64,000 nucleotides of DNA, taken from NCBI RefSeq assembly GCF_004010195.1, contig NC_057711.1:81200714-81264713 (forward strand), written 5' to 3'. Source of the DNA: Chiloscyllium plagiosum (taxonomy: Eukaryota). The notes below the pieces were generated by a model that did not search any database, was not told the DNA's origin, and worked only from the letters and a program-made list of their open reading frames with translations. The first letter of the stretch is position 1. Every line of letters begins with the position of its first letter. The position numbers and the translations under genes were made by a program. Below are positions 39,861 through 51,689 of the stretch, one piece after another.

Positions 39861-40168
39861 AGATTACCTACAGTGTGGAAATAGGCCCTTTGGCCCAGCC
39901 AGTCCACACCGACCCTTCAAAGAGTAACCCACCCAGACCCATTTCCCTCTGACTAAGGCACCTACCACTATGGGCAATTTATCATAGCCAATTCACGTGA
40001 CCTGCACATCTTTGGACTGTGGGAGGAAATTGGAGCACCCGGAGGAAACCCACACAGACACAGGGAGAATGTGCAAACTCCACACAGACAGTCACCCAAG
40101 GCTGGAATCAAACTGGGACCCTGGTGCTGTGAGGCAGCAGTGCTAACCACTGAGCCACTGTGCCACCC
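39861..40168 (-). mobile_element. HE1-type SINE inserted in the CR1 RT region
   Basis: Minus strand gggtggcacagtggctcagtggttagcactgctgcc through the HE1 core to a gggccaaagggcctatttcc tail. Confidence 0.92.
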
Positions 40169-41657
40169 ACATGTACATCCTGTCCCTCAGGATTCCCTCC
40201 AACAACTTGGCCACCACCGACGTCAGTCTCACCGGTCGATAGTTCCCTGGCTTTTCCGTACCACCCTTCTTAAACAGTGGCACCAAGTTAGCCAATCCCC
40301 AGTGTTCTGACACCTCACCTGTGACTATCGATGATACAAATATCTCAGCAAGAGGCCCAACAATCACTTCTCTAGATTCCCACAGAGTTCTAGGGTACAT
40401 CTGATCAGGTCCTGGGGATTTATCCACCTTTATGTGTTTCAAGACATCCAGCACTTCCTCCTCTGTATTATGGACATCTTGCAAGGTGTTACCATCTATT
40501 TCCCTATGTTCTATATGTTCCATATCTTTTTCCACAGTAAATACTGATGCAAAATACTCATTTAGTATCTCTCATTTTCCGTGGCTCCATATAAGCTGCC
40601 TTGCTGATTTTTTAGGGGCCCTACTCTCTCCCTAGTTACCCTTTTGTCCTTCATGTCCCCTTTTTGCCCTCCTGATTTCCCTCTTAAGTATACTCCTACT
40701 GCCTTTATACTCTTCTAAGGATTCACTCGATCTATCCTGTCTATACCTTACATATGCTTCCTTCTTTTTCTGAACCGAACCCTCAATTTCTTTAGTCATC
40801 CAGCATTCCCTGTACCTACCAGCCTTTCCTTTCACCCTGACAGGAATATCTCATTTCTGAAGGTTTCCCATTTTCCAGCTGTCCCTTTACCTGTGAATAT
40901 CTACCTCCAATCAGCTTTTGAAAGTTCTTGCCTAATACTGTAAAAATTTGCCTTTCTCCAATTTAGAACTTCAACTTTTAGTTCTGGTCTATCTTTTTCC
41001 ATCAATATTTTAAATCTAATAGAATTATGGTCGCTGGCCCCAAAGTGCTCCCCCACTAATACCTCAGTCACCTGTCCTGCCTTATTTCCCAAGAGTAGGT
41101 CAAGTTTAGCACCTTCTCTAGTAGGTACATCCACATACTGAATCAGAAAATTGTCTTGTATGCACTTAACAAATTCCTCTCCATCTAAACCCTTAACACT
41201 ATGGCAGTTCCAGTGTATGTCTGGAAAGTTAAAATCCCCTACCATAACCACCCTATCATTCTTACAGATAGCTGAGATCTCCTTACAAGCTTGTTTCGGG
41301 AATATCCTCCCTCAGCACAGCTGTAATGCTATCCCTTATCAAAAATGCCACTCCCCCTCCTCTCTTGCCTCCCTTTCTATCCTTCCTGTAGCATTTGTAT
41401 CCTGGAACATTAAGCTGTCGGTTCTGCCCATCCCTGAGCCATGTTTCTGTAATTGCTATGATATCCCAGTTACGTGTTCCTAGCTATGCCCTGAGTTCAT
41501 CTGCCTTCCCTGTTAGGCCCCTTGCAATGAAATAAATGCAATTTAATTTCTTAGTCCGACCTTGTCCCTGCCTGCCCTGACTGTGTGACTCACTTCTGTT
41601 CTCAACTGTACCGGTCTCAGATTGATCTTTTTCCTCTCTATCTCCCTGTGTCCCATC

Positions 41658-41683
41658 CACCCCCCCCCCCCCCCCCCCCCACC
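41658..41683. repeat. Poly-C tract at the CR1 ORF1/ORF2 boundary
   Basis: A run of about 20 C, read as G on the element's sense strand. Confidence 0.8.
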
Positions 41684-44329
41684 TTATTAGTTTAAATCCT
41701 CCAGAGCAGTTCTAGCAAATTTCCCTGTCAGTATGTTATTCACCTTCCAATTTAGGTGCAATCTGTCCTTCTTGTACAGGTCACTTCTACCCCAAAAGAG
41801 ATTCCAATGGTACAAAAATGTGAATCCTTCTCCCATACAGCAGCTCCTCAGCCATGCATTCATCTGCTCTATCCTCCTATTCCTGCCCTCACTAGCTCGT
41901 AGAACCGGGTTAATCCAGATATTACTCCTCTCAAGGACCTCCTTTTTAAATTCCTGCCTAACTCTCTGTAATCTCCCTTCAGAATCTCAACCTTTTCCAT
42001 TCCTATGTCGTTGGTTCCAATGTGGACAATGACCTCTTGCTGACCCCTCTCCCCCGTGAGAACATTTTGCACCCTCTCTGAGACATTCTTGATCCTGGCA
42101 CCAGGGAAGTAACACACCATTCTGCTTTTTTGCTCCTGGCTGTCTGTACCTCAGACTACAGAATCCCCTACTACAATTGATCTTTTGGAAACCGACGTAC
42201 CCCTCATTGCATTGGAGCCAGTCTCAACAGAAACTTGGCTGTTCGTGCTACGTTCCCCTGAGAATCCATCACCCCCTACATTTTCCAATACAGCATACCT
42301 GTTTGAAATGGGTATATCCACAGAAAATTCCTGCACTGGGTGCCTTCCTCTCTTACCCTTCCTGGAGTTAACCCATCTATGTGACTGCATCTGAGACTTT
42401 CCCCCCTTCCTATAACTGCCATCCATCACATATGTTGCTGTTGCAAATTCCTCATTGCTTCTAACTGTCTCTCCAACCGATCCATTCGATCTGATAAGAT
42501 TCGCATCCAACAGCATTTATGGCAGATGTAATCCGCAGTAACCCTTAAACTCTCTTTAAACTCCCACATCTGACAAGAAGTAGATATCACTGTACTAAAG
42601 GCCATTTTTGCTCCTTCACAATCTACAGACCCAGAAAATAACATCGTCTTATTCCTCTACAAAACACTGCCCCAGGTTAAATTAATAGTTATGGCTTATA
42701 TTTTAAATTTAATCAAGAGACCTATCTCCAAAATCATATAATCAAGAAAGAACCCACTCTGCTCACTATTGCAAACTTTCTGTTAGCCACTTAAAACAAT
42801 TAACTTATCTGATTCTGTCGCATGAACTTTGCCCAAACAGTTCCTCCACGATCAGTTGTGAATTTCACTGTTGGTTAATTTTCCCAGACACACTCCGATG
42901 TCCAGCGATACATGAATTCAAACAGCAAAGCAGTAACTGTGCAGGTTCACTGTGGTGTCAGTTTCTTTCTCTTTCTCTCTCCTGCACTGTCCTCACCATG
43001 TGCTTCCTTTGTCTGTTCTTCTCCCTTTTAAAACTGCTGTTGTTTTGAGGTTTTTTTTCCGAAGTTCCAAAACAATGCAACAGCATATAAAACAGTAATT
43101 GCTGCTTCTGGAATTCAAGGAAATCACTTCCAGCACCTAAAATACCTCAAAAAAGGAGGTCAGTGTTGAGTGGGGTCCCGCAGGGCTCTGTTCTTGGGCC
43201 TCTGCTCTTTGTAGTTTTTATAAATGACTTGGATTAGGAGATAGGAGGTATCGTCAATAGTATCGAGAGCTATTGCAGGCTGCAGCGCGACGTAGACAGG
43301 ATGCAGAGCTGGGCTGAAAAATGGCAGATGGAGTTCAACCTGGATAAATACGAAGTGATGCATTTTGGAAGGTCGAACTCGAATGCTGAATATAGGATTA
43401 AAGACAGGATTCTTGGCAGTGTGGAGGAACAGAGGGATCTGGGTGTGCAAGTACATAGATCCCTCAAAGTTGCCACCCAAGTGGATAGGGTTGTTAAAAA
43501 AGCCTATATTATTTTGGCTTTCATTAATAGGGGGATCAAGTTTAAGAGCTGTGAGGTTTTGCTACAGCTCTACAAGTCCCTGGTGAGATCACACTTGGAA
43601 TATTGTGTCCAGTTCTGGTTGCCCTACTATAGGAAAGATACAGAGGCTTTGGAGAGGGTGCAAAGAAGGTTTACCAGGATGCTGCCTGGACTGGAGGGCA
43701 TTCTTTATCAAGAGAAGTTGAATAAGCTCGGACTTTTCTCTCTGGAGAGAAGGAGGAAGAGAGGAGACCTGATCGAGGTGTACAAGATAATAAGATGAAT
43801 GGATAGAGTCAATAGGCAGAGACTTTTCCCTAGGGCAGCATTGACTGGTACGAAGGGCCATAGTTTTAAGATATTAGGAGAAGGGTATAGAGGGGACATC
43901 AGAGGAAGGTTCTTTACAAAGAGAGTTGTGAATGCATGGAATGCATTGCCAATGGTGGTGGTGGAAGCAGAGTCATTAGGGACATTTAAGTGACTGCTGG
44001 ACATGCACATGGATAGCAGTGAGTTGAGGGGTGTGTGGTTAAGTTACTTTATTTTACATTAGGATTAATCCTCGGCACAACATCATGGGCCAAAGGGCCT
44101 GTTCTGTGCTGAAATTCTATGTTCTATGTTCTAATTTCCTATAATGTTGTGGGGAAGCTCTCCTGATACATAAGCATGATCTTTGTTCTCTCATCTCGAA
44201 GGAGGAAAGCCTGATAGGGCATCTCTAGGACAGCGTAATTGTGATTGCCTTCAAAAAGGAGACAAGACCAATTGCATTAATGATAGAGACATTTCCTTGT
44301 TGTCTACCACAGGGAAAATAATTGCAAGA

Positions 44330-44710
44330 ATCCTGGAGCATTGGAGACTGAGGGTTGATCTTGTAGAGGTTTATAAAATATTGAGGAGCATGGATGGGGT
44401 GAATAACCAAGGTCTTTTTCCTTCGGTAAGGGAGTCCAAAAGACAAGGTAAGAGGGTAAAGATTTAAAAAGGACCTGAAGGGTAACCCTTATGTGCAGAC
44501 AATGGTGTGTGTATGAAACAAGCTGCCAGAAGAGTTGATGGAAGTGGGTATAATGACAACATTTAAAAGACATCTGGATGGGTATATGATTAGGAAGGCT
44601 TTAGAGCGATATGGGCCAAATGCTGGCAAATGGTACTAGGTCAGATTGGGATGTCTAGTCAGCATGGACAAGTTGGACTGAAGTGCTGTATGACTATATA
44701 ACACTATGAT
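44330..44710 (+). mobile_element. CR1 3' fragment inserted in the RTE
   Basis: LEHWRLRVDLVEVYKILR through a 3' UTR ending tgactatataacactatga. Confidence 0.85.
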
Positions 44711-46848
44711 CTTTTCCCAGTGGCTGAAGAGGAATGCCTTCTGGGATCACACAGATTCTGTCCATTGAAAGGCACAGTGGGCATGATCTTCACAGCTGGA
44801 CGTGTCCCAGTAAAGTACACAAAGCAGCACTAAGCTGTATACACACGGCCTTTTTTGGTCTCAAAATGTCTCTGATTCTGTCACCTAGGAGGGGCTAGGA
44901 GACTGCAAAAAACTCTCATCATCTTGTGCTTGCTACATGACAGAATGCAGTCCTCACCAGCAAATCAAGCACAAATCTAATATGAGTCTAAACTGTGTCA
45001 AGAAAGGCTGAGTCATCGCACCAATGCTTTCCTTCCACTTAGTAAGGCTCAAATACATCTCCATGCAGATTCTTGCTGGAGTGGAGCTACTCTGCAGGAA
45101 TCTGTTCAACCTGCATCAATTCTCATCCAGAACCTATGACGTCAACTTGCAGCATGCAATACTGAGAGGTCAACCACCGAATCATTATCTATGTATCCAT
45201 CCGGTTATGTGAGAGAATGAACCTTAGACTAAACACTTGAAAGTCAACGGTTTTGTATCAGTATGCTCCTGCCATGCAAAACTACTCACAGTTATCACAG
45301 ACCATGGGGAGCCACTGGACAAATACGTCTTTTCAACTGCGGAGCCTTCTTTCAGCAAAGACAGGTATTGACAATGAAACTATTTATCACCTCCAGCATG
45401 CCAGTGCAGATCTTGTGGAACAAAGGATTGCTGTCAATAAAACCTCAAATACAGCACCAGGATTGTGGTCTACAGAGCAGCAGTGTTACCAGTTCCGCTG
45501 TATGCATGAGAGACATGGACAGTATACAGCAGATGCCTTGGGAAAAATCATCAGTGATGCTCCCATAAAATCTTGCCAATTCACTTGAAGGATAAGCGCA
45601 GTGTCCTTATCCCAGCATTGAAGCACTAGTTACTGTCAATTAGATGTGTTGTATGTGTTACATCATCTGCATATCTGACGCAAGACTTCCAAAACAAGCT
45701 CCCCATGCTGAACTTCATCACAGCAAGCCATTAGCAGGCTTACCAGGAGGCAAAAGGATCTCTTCAAATGCTCTCTGAAAATTACAATATCCACACTGAC
45801 ATATCCATGCTGACATATGGAAATCTCAAGCCCAAGACTATCCAAACTGGAGAAGAAGCATCTGCAGAGGAGTCTCTGACAGGCCAAGCCCAAACAGCAG
45901 AAGGAATATGCAGAAACCCAAGAATCCCACCCACCACTTTAACAAATACCACCTATCCCATCCATGGCAGGGAATGCAAATCCAGTATTAAACTGTTTAA
46001 TCACCTCAGAACCTCCAATTCCAGAATGTCAGGAATGTTCACCTTAATCTCGGTGAACTGTCTAAGGAGATAAGAAGGCTTACCAAAATAATGCCTTTGC
46101 TATCTGGACTGTACTGGGGGAGCCCTGCAGTATTTGGCAGAGCAAGATTCATAAAGTCTGCAGCTTTCTGTAAATAGCTCCTTTCTGTCTTGACATCTAT
46201 TGAAGTGCTGAGTAAAGTGAAATACTAGCAGCCACAATCCCTGGTCCCCATTCACCAACAGGCCCAGATCTTAACTTCTCTCTTTTAACATGATATTGCC
46301 AGCTTGGCCACAATGCAAAAGTATTTTCTTTAAAAAAAATCAATGAAATAAACATCCTATACCAAATGTATGATTAATTCATACCACAAAATAGAAACAA
46401 ATCATCCTTGTGTGTTTCCTCAGTGGGATAATGCTGTTCCCAGTGCTCCAATACATTGTTAATCCAACAGTAGCAGGATGATGCTTGGAAGGATTTTCCT
46501 GGCAAGGGCAGCATTTAGTGCCCATCCTTAATAACCATTTTTAAAGGCGGTATCAAAGCATTATAGTCCATATGGTATAGCCCTCATAGTGATAGCAGGA
46601 AGGACTTGCAGGATTCTGACTGACGACAATAATAAAAATGATCAGATGCCTAGGTTGATACTGGAGGCCTCCACGGTTATAGAGTCACAAAATAATAGAG
46701 TCACACAACATGGAAATAGACTCTATGGCCCAATTCGTCCATGCCGACCAGACACCCCAATCTGACTGAGTCCCATTTGCCAGCATTTGGTCCATATCCC
46801 TCTAAACCCTTCCTATTCATATACCCATCCAGATGTCTTTTAAATGTT

Positions 46849-47055
46849 AAAAATCACACAACACCAGGTTACAGTTCAACAGGTTTAATTGGAAGCACAT
46901 TAGCTTTCGGAGCGACGCTCCTTCATCAGGTGATTGTCCGATTGTCCGAAGCTCCGAAAGCTAGTGTGCTTCCAATTAAACCTGTTGGACTGTAACTTGG
47001 TGTTGTATGATTTTTAACTTTGTACACCCCAGTCCAACACCGGCATCTCCAAATC
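46849..47055. mobile_element. Palindromic Penelope-repeat insertion with 16-bp target-site duplication
   Basis: atgtcttttaaatgtt at 46833-46848 and 47056-47071. Same family as 37988-38171, in the opposite orientation. Confidence 0.92.
46901..46929 (-). ncRNA. Minimal hammerhead ribozyme core, intact
   Basis: CTGATGA-A-GGAGC-GTC-GCTCC-GAAA-GC-TA: all core nucleotides, a perfect 5-bp stem II and a palindromic AGCT in place of stem III. Confidence 0.8.
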
Positions 47056-47644
47056 ATGTCTTTTAAATGTTGTAATTGTACTAGCCTCCACCACTTCCCA
47101 TGGCAGCTCATTACATACACGCACCACCCTCTGCATGAAAATGTTACCCCTCAGGTCCTACTTAAATCTTTCTCACCTTAAACTTATGCCCCATACTTTT
47201 GGACACCCCACTCTCAGAAAAAGATTTTGGCTATTCACATTATCTATGCCCCTCATGATTTTATAAACCTCTATAAGGAAATCCTGCAGCCTGTGGCACT
47301 CTGGGGGAAAAAGCCCCAGCCTATTCAGCCAATGACTCAAACCCTCCAGTCCTGGCAAAATCTTTTCTGCACCCTCAAGTTTAACAACTTCTTTCGTGTA
47401 GAAGGGCAACTAGAATTATATGCAGTATTCTAGAAGTGGCCCCACCAATGTCCTGTACAGCTGTAACATGATATCTTTTCTGTAGCTCATTTGGTACAAA
47501 TGAGTGACTTTTCAGCCATAAGTTAAGAATCAACTCCAATGCCAAGTCTGAAGTCAAACCAGTGAAGTCAACAGATTTCCTTCCTCACAGGATATCCTAG
47601 GTGCAGAATCAATGAACGATATAATAATTAGGGAAGTTTTTGAA

Positions 47645-47892
47645 TGGCAACTGTCTGTGTGGAGTTTGCACATTTGCCTAGTGTCTGCGTGGATTTCCTC
47701 CGGGTGCTCAGGTTTCCTCCCACCATCCAAAGGTGTGCAGGTCAGGTGAATTGGCCATGCAGAATTGCCAAGTCAGGGGTAAATATCGGGTAGTGGAATA
47801 GGTCTGGGTAGGTTACTCTTCGGAGCAGCGGTGTAAACTTATTGGGGGCGAAGGGCCTGTTTCCACACTGTAAGGAATCGAATCTAATCTAA
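47645..47892 (+). mobile_element. 5'-truncated HE1-type SINE
   Basis: Core ctgtctgtgtggagtttgcac... to gaagggcctgtttccacactg plus aatct repeats. Confidence 0.88.
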
Positions 47893-47989
47893 TATTCTAT
47901 CGTATATTAAGGGGAAAGCAGATATGCAAGGAAATGACACATTAAGGACGAAGGGAGCAATCTGTTAGGACATTGGTCGAGCTTTAAGC

Positions 47990-49640
47990 AATACTTTAAT
48001 TGTGAGGAGGAGGATGTAGGTACAGAATTTGTGGAGGTAGACTGTGAGGTTCTTGCACAGTTTGACATCGAGAGTGATGATGTATTTGAGGTATTGGCAG
48101 GTTTAAAAATGGACAAATCCCAGGGTCCGGATGAGTTGTGTCCCAGGCTGCTGTGGAAGACAAGGAAAGAAAATACAAGGGCTCAGTCCTAAATTTTTAA
48201 TTCACCTGTAGCGTCAGGGATGATGCGAGAGGATTGGAAGATAGCTGATGTAGTTCCACTTTACAAGAATGGTGTTAAAGTTAAACCAGGGAATTACAGG
48301 CCAGTGTATTTCACACCCCTGGTAGGCAACTTGTTGAAGAAAATTCTGAAGGAGAAAATGAATCTCCACTTGGCGAAGCAAGGTTTGATCAGGGATAGTC
48401 AGAATTGCCTTGTCAGAGGGAGGTCATTCCTAACAAATCTGATTGAACTTTTTGAGGAGGTGATTGGGTGTATAGATGAGGATAGTGCAGTTGACATGGT
48501 TTTTATTAATTTCAGCAAAGTCCTTGACAGAGTCTACATGGAATACTGATAAATGGGATCCATTGGCAAGTTGGATCAAAAACTGACTTAGTGATAGGAG
48601 ACAGAGAGTGGTGTTAGAAGACTACCAGTGATAATGGAGGGTGGTGTCATGAAGGGTCAGTGCTGGGATCCTTGTTTTTGCAATATATAGAAACAATGTG
48701 GAAGAAAATGTGGGGGTGATGATGAGTAAGTTTGCAGATGACATGAAGATTAGACAGGTGGCTAATTGTGAGGAAGAAAGTCATAGGTTACAGGAGGATA
48801 TAGAAGGATTGGTCAGATGGGCAGATCAGTGACAGATGGAATATAATCCTGATATGTGTGAGGTGTTGCACTTTGGAAGAAGTAACAAGGCAAGGGAGCA
48901 CTCAATGAATGGCAGGACATACTAGAATCTCAGAGGAACATCAAGATTTGGTATGTTTGTTCACAGATCCTTGAATGTGCCAGGACAGGCTATTAGGCTG
49001 ATTAAGAAGGCATACAGGACAATTTCCTTTACCAGTTGTGCAATCGATTATAAGAGCAGGGAGATTCTGCTGGAGCTGCTCAAAGCTTTGACTCGACCAC
49101 AGCTGGAGTATTGTGCGCAGCTCTGGTCACTTCATCATAGGAAGAATGTGACTTACGAGAGGAGATGCAAAAAAGATTCATAGGACATTGCCTGGGATGA
49201 AATGTTTACCTATGAAGAGAGGCTGGATAAGCTTGGGATGTTTTCTTAAACACAGAGAAGGCTGTGGGGGTACATGATTGAGGTGCATATGATTGTGAGG
49301 AACATGGACAGACTGGATGGATAACAACTCTTCCTCTTAATGGAAGGTTCAGTAATGAGGGGGCTTAATTTTAAGGTGAAAGCCAAGAGGTTTAGAGGAG
49401 ATTTGAGGAAAATCTTTTCACCCAGAGGAGTGTTGGGAATCTGGAGTTCACTGCCTGGGATGGAAGTACAGGCGGGGAACCTCGCGATTTCTAAAAAGCA
49501 CTTGAATGAGGATTTAAAATGTCATAACATTCAAAGCTATGGGCCAAGTGTGAGAAAGTGGAAATAGTGCCGATAGGTCAGCTCAGACTCGATGGGCTGA
49601 AGGACATCTTTGATGCTGAAAGACTATAAATGTATGGATG
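47990..49640 (+). mobile_element. CR1 LINE, RT to 3' end
   Basis: DWKIADVVPLYK...GNYRPV...LTNLIELFEEV; SKFADDMKI near 48725; RPQLEYCAQLWS. Confidence 0.9.
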
Positions 49641-50873
49641 TTGCATTATATATTTCTCTGAAAACTGAGATTGAGAACGCTGGAAGAAATGTGCAGCTCT
49701 GTCGAGTCCGGACCACCTATGGGTGGAGTGGGATTCTGCTTGTCAATATTGCTGCTCAAAGATTTGGGTCAACCATTTTATGTAACAAATGGTTGGGATT
49801 TGGAATATACTGTCTGAAAAAGTGGGGGAAACAGATTCAAGAAGAAGTTTCAAAAGGGAATTTGAAAATGGTTGAAGCAGAAAAGTATTCAAGGGATGTG
49901 GCTAAAAATCTGGACAGTGGGGTTACTTGGTTTACTCTTTGAAAGTGATAGTGCAACTTCACAGGATGAATGCCCTTCTTTGTCGCAATACTGCTGCATA
50001 ATTTTATGATTACAACCTAGTAGATGCATAACAGGAATATAATTCATCAAATTACAATACCAATAATTTCTGGGTCCCACCGATGTCAGAAATGGAATTG
50101 GGCAGAGCCTGAATATATTGGCAGTAGCCCATCACCAATTTCCTGTGACTGTTCTCAACACTGAAATCCAAGGCAGGTTCGAATTCTAGTGAGGCTGCTT
50201 GCTTTTACAAGATAGTTAGTAAATTAGACTCAGTAAGAACCACATAAGGGTTCCAGCAGGAAGCTGACTGGAATTTTTAAGTTGCCTACCAGTTTCCTGA
50301 TTGAACAGAGAGAAGTTCAAGTGCTTGGGGGTGGCCAATGAGTAATAATACAGGTTTCCAGCACCGCACAGGCTGATGTGTCCTCCCTGCTTGCCAGAAT
50401 GCAGATATAGCCAAGAGGTGCCCAATAGAGCAATTCACAGGACCTTCACCCTCACTCAACTCACAGGTCACCTGGCTGTTTTTTTGGATCATCATTTATA
50501 ATTTTGGAAAAGGTTGGCGAGAAGGTGCTTCCATGTTGAAACATTCTGTTAATTCATTTACCCTCTACTGCAGTTGCCTGCTCTTCTCAAACTGAGAGGC
50601 CTCTAGATTGGTCCTGCAACTTTGAGAGCTCACTTACCACCCATAATTGGAAAGGGAACCTGTTTCAATTACAAGGTGAACTGTAAAATCCCAAGCCAGT
50701 GACTGTTTCTCGAAAGAGATTAGTTTTTAGGATCTGGAAACTGTCAGATTCCTTTTTCCTACCTCTAAAATTAAAATTCAGCCCATTGCATTTTTTAAGA
50801 GTCTTGCTTTCTAAGGAATGTTTTCATTAAAGTCATCTCCTAATCACGGGAGTGACCTAACATTTACTAATGG

Positions 50874-50988
50874 AGAGACAAGCTAGAGGAGGGCCTGTCC
50901 TCGGATGCTGCCTGAATTGCTGTGCTCTTCCAGCACCACTGATCCAGAATCTGGTTTCCAGCATCTGCAGTCATTGTTTTTACCTCTA
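50874..50988 (+). mobile_element. Short Penelope-repeat 3' terminus with 16-bp target-site duplication
   Basis: taacatttactaatgg at 50858-50873 and 50989-51004. The insert contains cctcggatgctgcctga...ttccagcatctgcagtc, related to the 51240 family, preceded by about 25 unexplained nt. Confidence 0.85.
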
Positions 50989-51239
50989 TAACATTTACTA
51001 ATGGCTTGTATTGACTCAACCTGCTTTCATCTCAAACAAAAGCCCAAACCATTTAATCTGAGCCATCACCCACATTGAGATCATCAAGTTCCTTCTCGAG
51101 GCTACCACTAATTATAGGATAATCCAAATTTATTCCAATGATGCCTTCAAACTCCAAAGGCTACCATCAAGAAGGACACTAAGTGCAAGATAATATTCCA
51201 ATTCACACAGCATCCAGAACTTGACTATATATGTAAATA

Positions 51240-51449
51240 TCTGAGGAGAAAGTGAGGTCTGCAGATGCTGGAGATCAGAGCTGAAAATGTGTTGCTGGAA
51301 AAGCGCAGCAGGTCAGGCAGCATCTAGGGAACAGGAGAATCGACGTTTCGGGCATTAGCCCTGAAGAAGGGCTAATGCCCGAAACGTCAATTCTCCTGTT
51401 CCCTGGATGCTGCCTGACCTTCTGCGCTTTTCCAGCAACACATTTTCAG
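51240..51449. mobile_element. Palindromic Penelope-repeat insertion with 15-bp target-site duplication
   Basis: ctatatatgtaaata at 51225-51239 and 51450-51464. Arms of about 84 bp with few mismatches surround a 5-nt gaaga loop. Confidence 0.93.
51361..51388 (+). ncRNA. Minimal hammerhead ribozyme core, intact
   Basis: CTGAAGA-A-GGGC-TAAT-GCCC-GAAA-CG-TC: CUGANGA/GAAA core, 4-bp stem II, palindromic ACGT and a GUC cleavage triplet. Confidence 0.8.
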
Positions 51450-51689
51450 CTATATATGTAAATAATCAGGAATGAAACATTAGCGTCAGAAATGGTAACT
51501 ATTGGATTGTCTTTAAAAACCCAGCCAGCTAACTGAGTGTCCATTAGGAAAGGGAACTACCGGGAAGCTTTGAAGGACAGCCACCCAAGGTGGGAATCAA
51601 ACCCAGGTCCCTGGCACTGTGAGGCAGCAGTACTAACCACTTTTCCACTCCCAAATCAAATGCCACAGATGGAACATGAACCTAGAATC

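Larger units (their letters stand above)
38547..43154 (-). mobile_element. Near full-length CR1 LINE (5' UTR, ORF1 zinc finger plus SGNH esterase, ORF2 endonuclease-RT), frameshifted
   Basis: ORF1 SCQMWEF...YICHKCC, VVGDSVV, CYFPGARI, VHIGTNDI. ORF2 VGDFNFPDI, DKSPGPD, YMDFSKAFDKVP. tagagtca tail repeats. Flanking ggaagtca (38539-38546) and ggaggtca (43155-43162). Confidence 0.95.
36850..44132 (+). mobile_element. CR1 LINE ORF2, host to further insertions (pieces 36850-37987, 38172-38546, 43163-44132)
   Basis: Endonuclease (SVWVEVRN...LDLVFSNE), DKSPGPDQIYP, SQHGFMRGRSCLTNL...DFSKAFDKV. It resumes at SGVPQGSVLGP after 43163 and ends in a ttctatgttctatgttcta tail. Confidence 0.92.
36460..46075 (+). 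mobile_element. RTE-clade LINE split into three pieces (about 36460-36850, 44133-44330, 44711-46075)
   Basis: WKEHVEK and NKAAGTD left of the CR1 resume as GEALL...FKKGDKTNCINDRDISLLSTTGKIIARIL on the right. C-terminal GRECKSSIKLFNHLRT and short taagaagg end. Confidence 0.75.
46675..47470 (-). mobile_element. CR1 LINE 3' end containing a palindromic insertion
   Basis: tagagtca tail repeats and LNRLGLFPPEC...LIEVYKIMRG. Confidence 0.88.
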
